A stretch of 64,000 bases of DNA from NCBI RefSeq assembly GCF_964355755.1, contig NC_092677.1, forward strand, positions 26,461,175 to 26,525,174. The letters are read 5' to 3'. The position numbers and the translations under genes were made by a program. Every line of letters begins with the position of its first letter. Position 1 is the stretch's first letter. This stretch comes from Antedon mediterranea. Its lineage: Eukaryota; Animalia; Echinodermata. Positions 53,401-62,416 of the stretch are shown here, piece by piece. A model generated the notes under the pieces. The model did no database searches, had not been told where the DNA came from, and saw only the letters and a program-made list of their open reading frames with translations.

Positions 53401-56400
53401 GGTATATCCACCGCACTAAGACGATTAGAGACGGAGTGTCTCACCTCTTCGTCGCTTCTGTTCCTCCATACCGCGCGGCCGCTAAGGCAACAATAGCGAG
53501 ATGGGTCGTTGCGACTATTCAAGACGCGTACACTTCTTCAGACACACCGCCACCGGCACATATGCACCAAGTGCGCGCGGTTTCCACTTCGTGGGCGTTG
53601 TTCTCGGGCGTCCCTGTAGCTGACATCATGGAAGCGGCGTGGTGGCGAACACAGTCGACATTCACCTCACACTACCTGTCGGACATCTCCGCTAACGTGG
53701 CACCAGTGGCAACGGCGATACTAAAGCCTCGACTATAGGTATGTATAAGTCAATTTTCTAACTTGTCACCCGCCGCCGACTAGATTCCTAGTCCGGTGCT
53801 ACACTGGCTATTGTCGGGTTTATCCAGGTAAGCAGGCACGTAATAATAGACTACACAAACCAGAAATGGTGTTGGTAGTCTATAAGTGCTGCTTACCTGG
53901 ATAAACACCCGCCCGCCGTCCCCTCAGACAAGAGGTCTTGAGAAATGATGACGGTAACACGTGGGAGTGGTCCCACGAGAGGGCGCTAGAGCGGAATGTA
54001 CCATTCTTTATGAGGTGAATTCGGGTAGAATTCTTCTTTTCGTATTTGTTTCGCACTTCGTGGAAAAGGGATGGTTAGTATACTATACTAACCATCAATT
54101 ACAAATTCTGAAATTTGTATCAATTTATATTTGAGGAAATGTTGGCATAATTTTGACAAATTTACCATAAATTTATATTTGTTATGATTGTTATTCATAA
54201 TAAAAGTTTATGAATAGTTGGTATTCAGTGAATGCATATAGTTATACAAGGTACAAACACTTTCATTATCACAGTACCGATTTTAAAAGGCTCACATATT
54301 ACATTGTAAATTAGGCCTATTATATTAGTAAAACTAATTATTATTAATTATTATTAATATTATTATTAATTATTATTAATTATTTTATTAGTAAAAACTG
54401 CGTGTGGCGCAGTGTGTTGCTTGTATGTGTAGGCAAGATACTTTACTTACGTTTGCCTCTCTCCACCCAGGTGTATAAATGGGTACCCAGTTAGATCAAG
54501 ACACAATTTTGCGCTGATTACTAGCTGCATTAGGCGCTATATAAATCCAGGATATTATTATTATTATTAATTTAACATTCCAAAGAAACTATCTATTTGT
54601 CTTTTACTGTATTATCCATTCATCGAATTATCACTCGATTACTGTACCGAGTGTACCGGAAATTGTTAAGACCTCACACCGGACTTGAACACAGAACTCT
54701 GGATTTAAACAGTATTTTATGACCATGCTATTCAACATCACTACAAACAGTAGGCCTATCAATAAAACGATAATTTGCATCTTCCCTGTTACATGTGCCT
54801 AATTAATTACTTACAATACAAGGTCAATATAACACAATATCAACTGCAAATTAATGATTATTACCCATAGTTCATTACTAATGCACTGTATTTGTCATGG
54901 ACAATTTGCTTATGGTACATGAATCTGTGTATTAATAATATCATGCATAATTTAATAATGTTTGATATAATTATCGAACCTGTTAGTGTTACATATTTGT
55001 TACGGACGCAAGGTTATTCACAACCAAATAAACATCAAAACATAAAGCTGTAAATCAGAAGGCCACATAAATATTGAAAAACAAACAAATGCAACTTAAG
55101 CTCTGTCTACACTATTAAACTTTATGTGCCAAAATAAATGTCATATCACTACCATATTTGAGCATATCACTACCATATTTGAGCATATCACTACCATATT
55201 TGGGCATATCACTACCATATTTGGGCACATCACACTTTTCTTGTCAAACTAGTTTGATAGTGTAGACAAAGCTTTGAATGAGGGTACAATTTGGTATGAC
55301 AGTCAGTTTGGTTAATTTTGGAAGAAAAGAAATGTTTTTAAAAAACTAGAAAAATCCAATTGCGTTACATCATAAATACAACATGAATTTGTGTACTCAG
55401 ATTTAACTATTTTAAGATGACGTTCTGACCGCATCCGAAGGTAACTGTCCACTACATGGTTGAACCCAGCAACGACATACTTTTAAAAGGTAGTGTTCAC
55501 ACTGTGTAACATAACAGACAAGTTAGGGACCAACTTCAAAATACAGGTCCCAGAAAAATAGCACCAATCAGACGAGTTAGGGATCAGCTAAAAAAATATA
55601 GGTACCTGTAATTTGGTAACGTGATCTAATTTAAAATCCAGGAAGTTCATTAGAGAATGCATTATCCCAGGTAAATAGATTACCTGGGTATTAGAGAAAG
55701 CGAAGAATACTGAACAACATTTAAGATTATGGCTACAGTACTAATAGGTAGTTAAAAGTGTACTAAGTAGGCTAATAGAGACAGAGAGTGGATAAATAAT
55801 GCACTTATTTTTTTTAGGTTATAAAAATTATAATATAGAGTAGGAAAAACAATAACAAGTGAGTTAATAGGTACTGTACGTTGAGGGAATAAATATTTCA
55901 GGTTGTAATACTGTAAATGACTTTAGTATACTGTACTGTAGAGGGCCTAGGTATGACATTCTGAGATAATCAGAGGTACTCTGACCTGCATTAAAGCTCT
56001 GTCTACACTATCAAACTAGTTTGACAAAGTGTGATATGCCCAAATATGGTAGTGGTATGCTCCAATATGATAGTGATATGACATCATCATGTCCGTATAT
56101 GGGCACATCACATTGTTTTGTCACATAAAGTTTGATAGTGTATACAGAGCTTAATATAAAGTAGGTTACTATTACTCTGAGATGGTAAAAAATTGTCAAC
56201 ACAAGGTAGTCAGATATGACTCAACATCTGGTGCATTGTAAAACAAACTAAACCTGTAAATCTCAAGATTTCCTAAAGTCATGTGCTTCACATCCTGATG
56301 CATACATTCACTATTGTTATATAAATACATACATGTAATTCCTAAAGGCAGACATTTACATAAGACAACAACAAAAGTTAGATTCATGTCCTCTCCTCCC

Positions 56401-59400
56401 TATTTCAAATCATCAAAATTGCATTATCACAGTAGTCAAGCGTATTGAATTTTGTGATGGTGGCGAGAATTTTAAACTACCTTATCATTCTTATGTTGTA
56501 TGCTACAATGGCTAATAATAGGCAGAACCTGTAAATAAGAATCCTACCATTGACAGGACTAATAAGAGTAAAGCCATCATATAACAAGCACGAATGTGCG
56601 ATACTCGGGGTACGTACAGCAAAAGAAGCTGTAATGATGTCATAAGACCGGATGTAACGTCACATACACATCAAATACGGCTATACGGTACCATCTTCGA
56701 GACGTGATATGGCTGCATGCGGTTTGAAATTTAAAAATCCGGCTCTAGCTTCAAGACATGTCCCTGTAGTATATTCATGCAAAATTCTCAGCTAAATACT
56801 ACAACGAATAAGGGAGGAGAAGTACTTTATAAATCGCACTTTTCACTCAATAATGTCCAGATGGACGAAGAGGAGAAGATGTGTAAGTCCTAGACTCGGG
56901 TACCCCAAGTAAAAAATAATTTATTATTCTGTATGTGAAACTAACAATTTCTTACAGTATTTAGACAAATCAGACTCAACCTCAATATCCCAAGTCTGTG
57001 CATAAAGGATGTATATTTAACAAAGAGGTTATTTATCTTGACTAACATGTGTACTTGGAGAATATTTCAGAAGTGTTTACGTAAAATGTTTACATTTTTC
57101 ATTGAAACGTGATATTGAATAAACACTTCAATGTTTTAATAGTGGATATACTAAATCTTTTACTCTAAAGCTCTGTCTATACTGTCAAACTATTTTGAGA
57201 AAAAAAAGTGCGATGTGCCCAATATGATAGTGATATACCCAAATATGGTAGTGATATGACATCACTATGTCCATAATATGGGCACATCACATTTTTTGTC
57301 ACATAAAGTTTGATAGATAGTGTAGACAGAGCTTTATGAAATGATGTTGAAAGTGATTGATATTCAGTACTAATGATGGTCATTCAAATACTTTACTCAG
57401 AGTTTCGTTTCAATTATTATCATTATGATCCAGGAAGCATATATAGGTTATATTTTTTAAACCGTGGGAAAAAATCCAACCACCACCTGTCTATTGCACA
57501 ACTATCTAGCACAAAAATAATATAGCAACAAGTAGCAGAAGAAATGCCATAAAAACTACACACATACAGTACATGGAGAAAACTAATGTGTCTTTGATGA
57601 TTGATTATAAAACCCAAACCTATTCATGTTTCCTGGTTTGATTTTTACTCAATATTAAGCAAATTTGGATTAAGCCCTCAACAGACCCACGGTAGCCATA
57701 GTGCTAGCCTACAAAGAATTGAAATGAGATGGCCCAGTACATGACTGGGGTAACCCTTACTCTTCCACAGAATGGACTGGAATCTGGCACAAGTCAGATG
57801 TGTACACCAACTGGGCCTCCTGTCATTCCTTTTAATTTTATTCAAGAAGACTTGTTCTACAACTACAACTATGGTGAAGGAGAGACTTGAACCTGTGCCT
57901 AATTATGTGGCTACAGTGGCACCCCTTGCCTTGGCCACTGACAAAATATGTTTTAGAAAGATGGAACTAAGGTACTATTATTACCAAAACTAGATGCTGG
58001 CAGAAAAGCTACCAGTAGATTCATAGAGGGAGCTGTACATTGCAACATAATGCTGTACTATGTTTATACACTCCAGGGTGGCAAAAGTTATGGGAGAAAG
58101 GTAAAGACATTTAAACAATATTTAGTAGAGTTTAAATATATTAAGGTCAGAGAAATATACTTTAGACAGTGTGGAAGAGATAGAGTCTGTATTACCCAGC
58201 AGCACCCATGGACAACTATCATTCATGCAAATGGTCAGATGTGGTTATGCTACCGCTAGTGGACAAATTATATATTGAATTTTAATCAAATTTATTAAAG
58301 CAAATTTATTAAAACTTTTCATGTTTAAAAATTCACAGGCTAAATACCAAAACCAACTTTTAAAATTTGATTCAACTTTCTTTTAAATTACATTTTTTTA
58401 ATGAAATTTATGTAAATATTTTGAATTTATGCATGAAATATTAAAACTGAAACTACTTTAGCTACCACTTAGTATAATCTGACCTTCTAAAAATAGAACT
58501 GCAGTTGGCTATTAGGGTTACAGCTCTGAATACATTACGTTCAAACTCAACACACTCCTATTAATTATTTCATGCTACAAAATAAATACATTTTAAAAAT
58601 TCTAAATACTGTACGTACTACTGTAGTTTAATTGAACACATTTTGTAATTTTTCACTTAATTCCTATAATATATTTTAATAAAGAGGTCAACTTTTTCAA
58701 GTTTTTTTAATTTGCTAGTTTCAATTACATTCAAAGTCCCTTTTTGGGACTGATTCCTATGCAGGGACACCCTAATAAAGAAGACACTTTGTTAGTATAT
58801 CCATAATAGTGTCTAATAAATCACATTTTGTAATTGTTTCCCTTTTTTTATAATTTATTTTAAAGAGGTCAACTTTTTCAGTTTTTCTAATTTGCTAGTT
58901 TAGTACCTCCATAATATTTATAATGTTCTGCTGTGTTACTATATTCAAAATTATTATTGAAATAATAGTAATAATAGTGCACTGTAGGCCTACTGATTTT
59001 AAAAACTGACCAATTATTTGTTTTATCTGCCACATCACACAGACAATAATATTGTCAAAATATTATACAGTACGTCACTATTTTAAAACTTAATGAATAA
59101 TACTAACAACACTAACTAACAACCAAATGAACTTTAATTTCAAAATATTTTGAAGCAGGATTTCATTCATTATCCAATTAAAAGTCGCAAATCTAAACGT
59201 GTTCTTTAAATACGACGAATGCTATCGAGGCGACACGTACAACGTTGTCTCAAATCACCGTACTTACCCGACATATATCCATATAGATATTCATCATACA
59301 CCGGACTTCTAAGGCACGCCTTATGGAGACAAGTCAAAGATAAGGCAAGTGTGAAAACATACTAAAACGAAACGGGATAAATGATCGGTATCGCGTCTTG

Positions 59401-62400
59401 CGGCTAACGTGACTCACCTTGGTGTAGAACTGGCTATTTCCTGTCTCGATGCGAAACGAGCTACGTAACGAGTCATTCTCGCTGTCTGACAGCTTCCGAA
59501 CACGTTTACCCCTACAAAGGAAATAATGAAATTATAGCGTTAGCTGGCAATAATGAGAAAGCTACTAATCAGAAGAAAATAAAAATCAGACAAGTTTAAT
59601 TTATTTTTATTACTATTATCATTACAAATGTATTGTTTGTAAAAACTTATGAATAATGTTTTCTACTTTTAATGTTTTTTTAAGTTAGGCAAAATTCCAT
59701 TGTCATATTTTAATATTTATTATATTTTGTTTGCTTTTTAGCCGAGTGCTTTTCTGTTATATTTTTTTTTGTTCATCAAGTTCATGTTGTTTACATTTCT
59801 TCAATAATGCAACTGAATGTGACCTGAGATTCCTTTTTGACCACAAAAAAAATGATTTTATTATTACATTAAAAATATTGTTTACAATTTAAAATTAAGT
59901 TTTATATAATGTAAAATATCTGTCCTATCTTCTCATCATATATGACCATTTAAAAAAGAAAAATCTGTGTTTGCAATTTGTTTCACTCAAAATGGTAGAT
60001 TGCCTAGACTATATGAACAATATTTCAATTTAAATTTAATTTATTTCCACAATATAATAACATACAGGATAATAGCATACAGGATAATAACATACAGGAT
60101 AATAACATACAGGATAATAACATACAGGATAATAACATACAGGATAATAACATACAGGATAATAACATACAGGATAATAACATACAGGATAATAACATAC
60201 AGGATAATAACATACACCTGATAATAAATGCAATGAAGTAATCATGTGGGGGGAGAGTCATATAAGTAAGAAAGACTTTAAGTTTGACCCACCCCAAGAC
60301 ATGACATTAAATACAAATATGAAAAAGAGGAAAACAAAAATACATAAACTATTAACAAATAAAAGAAAACAAAGCTTCAATTTCTATTTAAACCACTTGT
60401 AATATGATTATTAAATTAATTTTGTACATTTAACCCCAACACAATATGACAACATAGCAAATAACAATTAATCATACTATTGAAATAGCAATGATTCAAT
60501 ACTTGTTATGCGTGAATAATTAATTTCAGTTGCAAACTTTTTACAGTTCCGATATTTTCCAGGAAACAAATAGAAAACAAAACTTCAGAACACGTCTTCT
60601 TTACTATTTTTTTTAATGACTAAATTTGTCTAGTCTCATTCACTCTCGCTGCAATAAATTCAATAAAGTAAAACTCTGTCTACACTATCAAACTAGTTTG
60701 ATAAAAAAATATGATGTGCCCAAATATGGACCGGTAGTGTCCATATATGGGCACATCACATTCTTTTTGTGTGTGATATTCCCAAATATGGTAGTGATAT
60801 GCCCAAATATGGTAGTGATATGACATCATTTTTATAAATGGGCACATCATATTTAGGTTTGGAAAGTAGGACCTGTTCAGGCTTAATTATTTACCTTGTG
60901 GTTTCATTAGTCAATTATCGCCATCAAATTTACCTGGGGTAAATAAGAAAGGTTGAATGCACCGAATAGGTGGGTACAAGTAGGCGAGGGAAATTACTTT
61001 TTTGAAAATAAAGCTCAGTCTACACTATCAAAGTTTACGTTATGTGATGTGCCCATATATGGACATGATGTCATATCACTACCATATGTGGGTACTGCAT
61101 ATCACTACCATATTTGGGCACATCACACATTTTTTGTCAAACTAGTTTGATAGTGTAGACAGAGCTTAACTTTTCTATGATTGCTCTAAACTTGATTACC
61201 ATTTCACAAGACTTGATATTTGTTTGACATCAATTATACTATAATAATTTATAAGAGAGAGAACATGCGCTGTAGTGTTATTTAGTTGATGATGAAATAC
61301 AAAGAGAATCACGTCCAAATCACACCTAGAGTGGATAAACACAGCAGGATTGTTTATCGATGGTCAGTCGCGATTAGTTCACAACCAGTGGCCTGGAAAA
61401 AGGCAGCAGCAGTAAGGTTCTGCATGAGTGAACTGAGAGTATTATCAAACTACATGTCATTGCAATAATTACGACTGATATTAGACAATAACCACCGATT
61501 AACCACATCATGTGCTCAATTGGATACTTAGTATAGACTCGGTGACAGCAATTTTTTTTTGCTGTAGAGTAATAACATGTTAGCATTCATACAAATTATT
61601 ACATTGATATTGTGTAATATTTTTTATGAGCTGTACGCGGATTAAACAGATTCTGGAATTAAACAGATTCTGGGATTAAATTAATGGATGAGCGGAAGTG
61701 AGGACTTATGGGTAGATTTTTGTAAAATTATAATGCAAAAGATGGGAAATTACAACAGTAGGTTGAGTTCAACATTTTATTTCACAATTTTTAGGTCCTC
61801 CACTCCACCCATATATTTCAATTTCATAATTATATTTTAGGTAAGATTATTTTAATGAGTTAACAGAGGTTTGAATTGGCAAATTATTAGTACACAAATT
61901 TTTACTTTGTGTGTAAAACTGATTTAAAATTCATAAAGGATAAAATTGTGTCATCATGTTACATAGTAAACAACTTATATACCTGCACAATGGTGAAAAA
62001 TAATATGCAATATGAAACACCAACCATGAAACAATTTGATCAAATAACTATTTTCGGCAAATGATTCTTGCACTTTAAATAATTTTTTTTATATCCTATA
62101 AACATTCGTAGATCACAACAAATTAAAAGAAACACTTCACTATGAGTTTCAGAATAAATAATGTAAATCAAAAGATTTCATGCTCTACAAATATTTTTTT
62201 AAATACTTTAGAATTATTCTGAATAGAAATTTAGACTTGAAAGGTCACGTTGTTTACAGACGGCCATAAATGGCCAGTCACAGCGCATGCACCTGTAACA
62301 GTAACAGGTCAATCATAATATAAAAAAAATGATAATCTCCGACCGTCATCAACCACGTAATATACAAAGTCTTACCCGTGGCGGAAACAAAGAGTGAGTG

Positions 62401-62416
62401 ATCGTCTTCTCGTCAT
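26475..62416 (-). CDS. ARHGAP32: Rho GTPase-activating protein, ARHGAP32/ARHGAP33 family (PX-like, SH3, RhoGAP, long S/P-rich tail), about 1321 aa
   Basis: Phase-compatible GT-AG exons: 62376-62416, 59418-59511, 46111-46214, 41471-41555 (FPKLNDCAHFHYDNVE), 39809-40054 (PX: WLIKRCYEDFRVLDKQIHRCIYDRRFSQL), 39219-39311 (INCGPVLNWME), 36378-36500 and 35527-35695 (SH3: WWHGKRGFEVGFFP), 33064-33213 (RERVFGCDLGEHL), 32692-32933 (GIYRLSG arginine finger, KLYFRELPNPLLT), 31692-31876 (NLAIVWAPNLLR), 31268-31392, 30405-30594 (RPKS...KLLSLEEAQART), 29109-29332 and 26475-28369. The first two exons are less certain. Probably co-orthologous to vertebrate ARHGAP32/33. Confidence 0.92.
28470..28820. repeat. 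~19-bp degenerate minisatellite
   Basis: gtgatatcaagatgaaaa units. Confidence 0.8.
30554..30870. repeat. 90-bp tandem repeat (3.5 copies) spanning a splice acceptor
   Basis: tttgcatgtgttcctttgctacagcaagacct, with agacct starting at 30591, 30680, 30770 and 30860. Confidence 0.92.
31851..32411. repeat. 60-bp minisatellite (about 9 copies)
   Basis: aattctcttcatcaactactgtgaatcataattatgcaaataacatttgttattttatgaatattcatt units. Confidence 0.92.
33627..34260. repeat. 21-22-bp minisatellite (two blocks)
   Basis: aaacatgacatcatacacata units. Confidence 0.9.
34341..34349 (-). other. Candidate 9-nt microexon of the RhoGAP gene
   Basis: ttctttctgtttttcttcatctaTGCttcttacAG|GAAGGCAAG|GTAGAC. Frame-preserving in a phase-1 intron. 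Confidence 0.5.
34603..34764. mobile_element. MITE family 1
   Basis: TIRs and internal repeat as consensus. Confidence 0.85.
35745..36310. repeat. (GAT)-based compound mini/microsatellite
   Basis: gatgatagcgatatt units; the source of the spurious MI/IN/HQY-rich ORFs. Confidence 0.95.
36937..37096. mobile_element. MITE family 1 (opposite orientation)
   Basis: TIRs; internal atatcactaccatatttggg. Confidence 0.85.
37358..37710. repeat. 30-bp minisatellite (about 11 copies)
   Basis: ttggcctgtgacatcattatcatcaccaca. Confidence 0.95.
38145..38568. mobile_element. Inverted-repeat non-autonomous element containing a DIRS terminal fragment
   Basis: atattctactgcagttactgcagtaac (left) is inverse to gttactgcagtaattgcagtagaatat (right). 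There is an internal ~130-bp direct duplication, and 38326-38371 resembles DIRS 53806-53853. Confidence 0.55.
38984..39105. mobile_element. MITE family 1
   Basis: TIRs and internal repeat. Confidence 0.8.
40819..40940. repeat. 15-bp tandem repeat (8 copies)
   Basis: atgaaatgcaatagt. Confidence 0.95.
42198..43250. repeat. 20-bp minisatellite interrupted by a LINE fragment
   Basis: taccccctaaacatccacag units at 42198-42636 and 43150-43250. Confidence 0.92.
42637..43149 (-). mobile_element. 5'-truncated LINE (L2/Crack-like) inserted in a minisatellite
   Basis: Minus strand encodes the ORF2 C-terminus SIKYHGPLVWNNL...FKSKYKQFLL*, followed by a 3'UTR, AATAAA-like signal and (GAAC)n tail. The 20-bp repeat resumes at 43150. 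Confidence 0.75.
43966..44112. mobile_element. MITE family 1, nested in an older element
   Basis: TIR cores tgtctacactatcaaa / tttgatagtgtagacagagc. Confidence 0.8.
44527..44885. repeat. ~115-bp tandem repeat (3 copies)
   Basis: aatctaaaatttaactgtaaatctatactgttatg...ctaggctacctgtaaagttgtt. Confidence 0.88.
45343..45479 (-). other. Candidate alternative first coding exon of the RhoGAP gene
   Basis: MEEVHLVAGGPVLPSPSSSSESEDSECELE...DT ends in phase 2 at a GTATGT donor, compatible with the exon starting at 41555. Confidence 0.45.
46676..46830. mobile_element. MITE family 1
   Basis: Left TIR intact, right TIR degenerate. Confidence 0.8.
47870..48540. repeat. ~80-bp satellite (about 8 copies)
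   Basis: gacactttcctgtgaaaggaactagggacaacatgctttaacactatggaacctctattaagaggacacccctataaaggg. Confidence 0.93.
49218..50810 (+). CDS. DIRS gag-like ORF1 (N-terminal Cys/His zinc finger)
   Basis: CIQC...DRHMRCVSC...CSQSDPCEVC at the N-terminus, RR motif and R/P-rich C-terminus; 530 aa open. Confidence 0.88.
   Translation: MPKQECIQCRGPRATLKWDRHMRCVSCRTCSQSDPCEVCVRWTPAKFASLPRPAGRVIEQKAVAIAPQEEGATAMDVPAENVPREEVPVVLAAPAHEPEAGSAPVPAADTELSPAVIQAIAAAVRAAPRDEPAVFPQPRPPYIPYIPVPPPQTPLSYSEGPSMEEGYTSDRTMLTISDEERAAQLRRPGEEGLQALVNKILPAVLEYLGIEYAFREPKPTPSTKRFSTFGVRTPLRKVTTCPVVPLDPELVDRVDAIARETSTRRPAPNILSCAFPVPRAQFDRYIVAPGVPDAAKDRVREDQGLEAGKTTYLAPTAAKTEDTLLTIDRAARETLRVTSVSGYLLSFLADPDHPREFDTEVIALLQQITGLIADQQAFVSLTSAAARRVNVLQSTDIAPAHYRRFTASESLGAKDLFFGSFAQKEDKWAREREARRETRARFPQKRRASRGRSGPSRPPPPLPAPVPPQSRPQPSNVLPARPDTQASTSRARTPYGNNSYRYGRTARGRAGRSDATQKSGRRPGAFARRR
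50380..52821 (+). CDS. DIRS pol: reverse transcriptase, RNase H and adenine-methyltransferase-like domain
   Basis: WRPILNL, IDLKDAYFHVPI, LPFGLSTAPRVF, YLDDWL; RNase H TDASETGWG, HINLLEL, SDNSTVVAYINRQGGT, NVVADALSR; MT-like DLFA and YAFPP. True start uncertain (ATGs at 50644 and 50722). Confidence 0.93.
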   Translation: MSTYYKVLISRQRIIAGSRLLSPSGLRTCFLVVSPKKRTNGRARGRPVGKRALVSHRSAGLAAAARVRPGHLPLSQLRYRRSRDRSRRMSYRRGLIRRLLHLARAPHTATTATDMAGLHEAGPDGLTLPKKVVGVRVRLRAAGDAFDAPVPPSDGQVGGRLKRFARVWETLSEDRWVLSTIKNGYSIEFTSPPMSGGARSTRIPPEPHMRRALLDGLSTLLQKGAVEEIDARCTVSGHESTVFLTEKKTGDWRPILNLRSLNKRFIHPQRFRMETISSILLGLKHGDWAASIDLKDAYFHVPIAEADQRWLRFRILDRLYQFVALPFGLSTAPRVFTRIVRTLASFFHKHGIRVFMYLDDWLVVAQSKDRLMSSLQYVLLVTEQAGFIVNREKSCLVPTQSPLYLGAQIYLVTGLASPSQQRIASAMSAVRNLISAHAPTAYEWLRALGCLASFVALVPYCRLRMRPLQLHLLAHYRPHLDSLHKVVLSNTFIQTHLEWWLVEGRLTVGMPIQKSLPDVRIETDASETGWGGCSKALRASGLWTAEEARSHINLLELWAVERTLKALRHHVAGRHVLIHSDNSTVVAYINRQGGTKSPTLCYHLWTLMLWCIDNNIMLSAAHIAGSLNVVADALSRQTLCPTEWRLLPSIAALIFDHFGRPHIDLFATSDNTQLPTFCTRFRDARAWAVDALSIHWDGLWAYAFPPISLIPNVLTRIQRHPCRVLLIAPGWARQAWYPLLLDLLYDHPLRLPDREDLLTQGRALFPLRNLQSLRLIVWPLSGISSETQAFQMALPPSRRNLVGNLLLPSTIAD
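50880..53738 (+). CDS. DIRS tyrosine recombinase ORF3, overlapping pol in another frame
   Basis: Catalytic pattern KRRGEL (R), AKTQ (K), CPVRAL, HQVR (HxxR), AAWW, FTSHY (Y). True start uncertain. Confidence 0.92.
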   Translation: MGDPVGGQVGSLHNQKRLFHRIHEPPDERGRSVDEDSSRATHETCAPGRPLHPAPKRSSGGNRRSMYRLRARVHRLLDRKKDRRLATHPKFKESKQAVHSPPEVSDGDNLIHPTGFKTWRLGSLDRPERCLLSRSYRRGRSTLATFQNPRPSVPIRRPAVRPIDGSARVYTHSQNAGVVLPQTWHKSVHVPRRLVGRGPVQGQTDEQSTICPSRDGTGRFHCQSGEVVPGADTISVIPRSTDISRYGLGISIPTTHRVCNECSTQSNICSCSDGLRMAQSTGLSGQLRCLSSVLPAAYETFTAASAGSLPTALRLPTQSGPVEYIHSDASRMVAGGRQVDCGNANSKISAGRPYRDGRFRDRLGRLLQGTSRLRPLDGRGGAIPHQPPRTLGSRKDLEGPSTSRGRSSRPYPFRQLNSGSIYKSSRRHEVPDVMLPPVDTDVVVHRQQHHALGCPHCGQPQCCCGRFVPTNTMSYGMAPSTQHRRTDIRPLRAASHRSVCDVRQHAAPDLLHTVPGCTCVGGGCPVHTLGRTMGVCIPTNITDSKCSDAHSAPSLPGPPDRPGLGSTSVVSTASRPALRSSPASSRSRGSADAGPSSVPIAELTIPAPDCMAIVRDQLRDSGIPDGPAALAAKSRRESTLTVYNSRLKHFFTWCRRQQVEPGSITLGQVCAFLHYLFESGLQVRTISGYRSAIGAITPTLKDGSSISASPVITQLIRGMFRERPPVKVLIPRWDVNVVLAALTRPPFEPMSKATLYNVSLKTAFLLALASCKRRGELHALSLEPGHVRFERAGVRLVFRKDFLAKTQTLKFSPPAVFVPTITSFSSADGDKLWCPVRALKWYIHRTKTIRDGVSHLFVASVPPYRAAAKATIARWVVATIQDAYTSSDTPPPAHMHQVRAVSTSWALFSGVPVADIMEAAWWRTQSTFTSHYLSDISANVAPVATAILKPRL
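54399..54570 (+). mobile_element. SINE remnant (Deu/Nin-domain-like core)
   Basis: gtggcgcagtg A-box, a ctctccacccaggtgtataaatgggtacc core, then gcgctatataaat and a (TAT)n tail. Confidence 0.65.
55099..55273. mobile_element. MITE family 1 (opposite orientation, four internal 22-bp units)
   Basis: TIRs; catatcactaccatatttg x4. Confidence 0.85.
55995..56151. mobile_element. MITE family 1
   Basis: TIRs; TAA TSD on both sides. Confidence 0.88.
57169..57333. mobile_element. MITE family 1
   Basis: TIRs and internal repeat. Confidence 0.85.
59268..59297 (-). other. Candidate alternative first coding exon of the RhoGAP gene
   Basis: MMNIYMDICR followed by a GTAAGT donor in phase 0, compatible with the exon starting at 46214. 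Confidence 0.35.
60052..60216. repeat. 15-bp tandem repeat (11 copies)
   Basis: ataataacatacagg. Confidence 0.95.
60672..60850. mobile_element. MITE family 1, rearranged/partial
   Basis: Left TIR plus shuffled internal segments; no right TIR. Confidence 0.7.
61012..61166. mobile_element. MITE family 1 (opposite orientation)
   Basis: TIRs; TAA TSD on both sides. Confidence 0.88.

Larger units (their letters stand above)
48620..54070 (+). mobile_element. DIRS1-type tyrosine-recombinase retrotransposon, ORFs intact
   Basis: GC-rich island with gag, RT/RNaseH/MT and YR ORFs. Inverted terminal repeat 48685-48812 vs 53942-54070. Internal complementary region about 53806-53906 (inverse of 48654-48686, plus a direct copy of 48620-48674). 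Confidence 0.95.
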
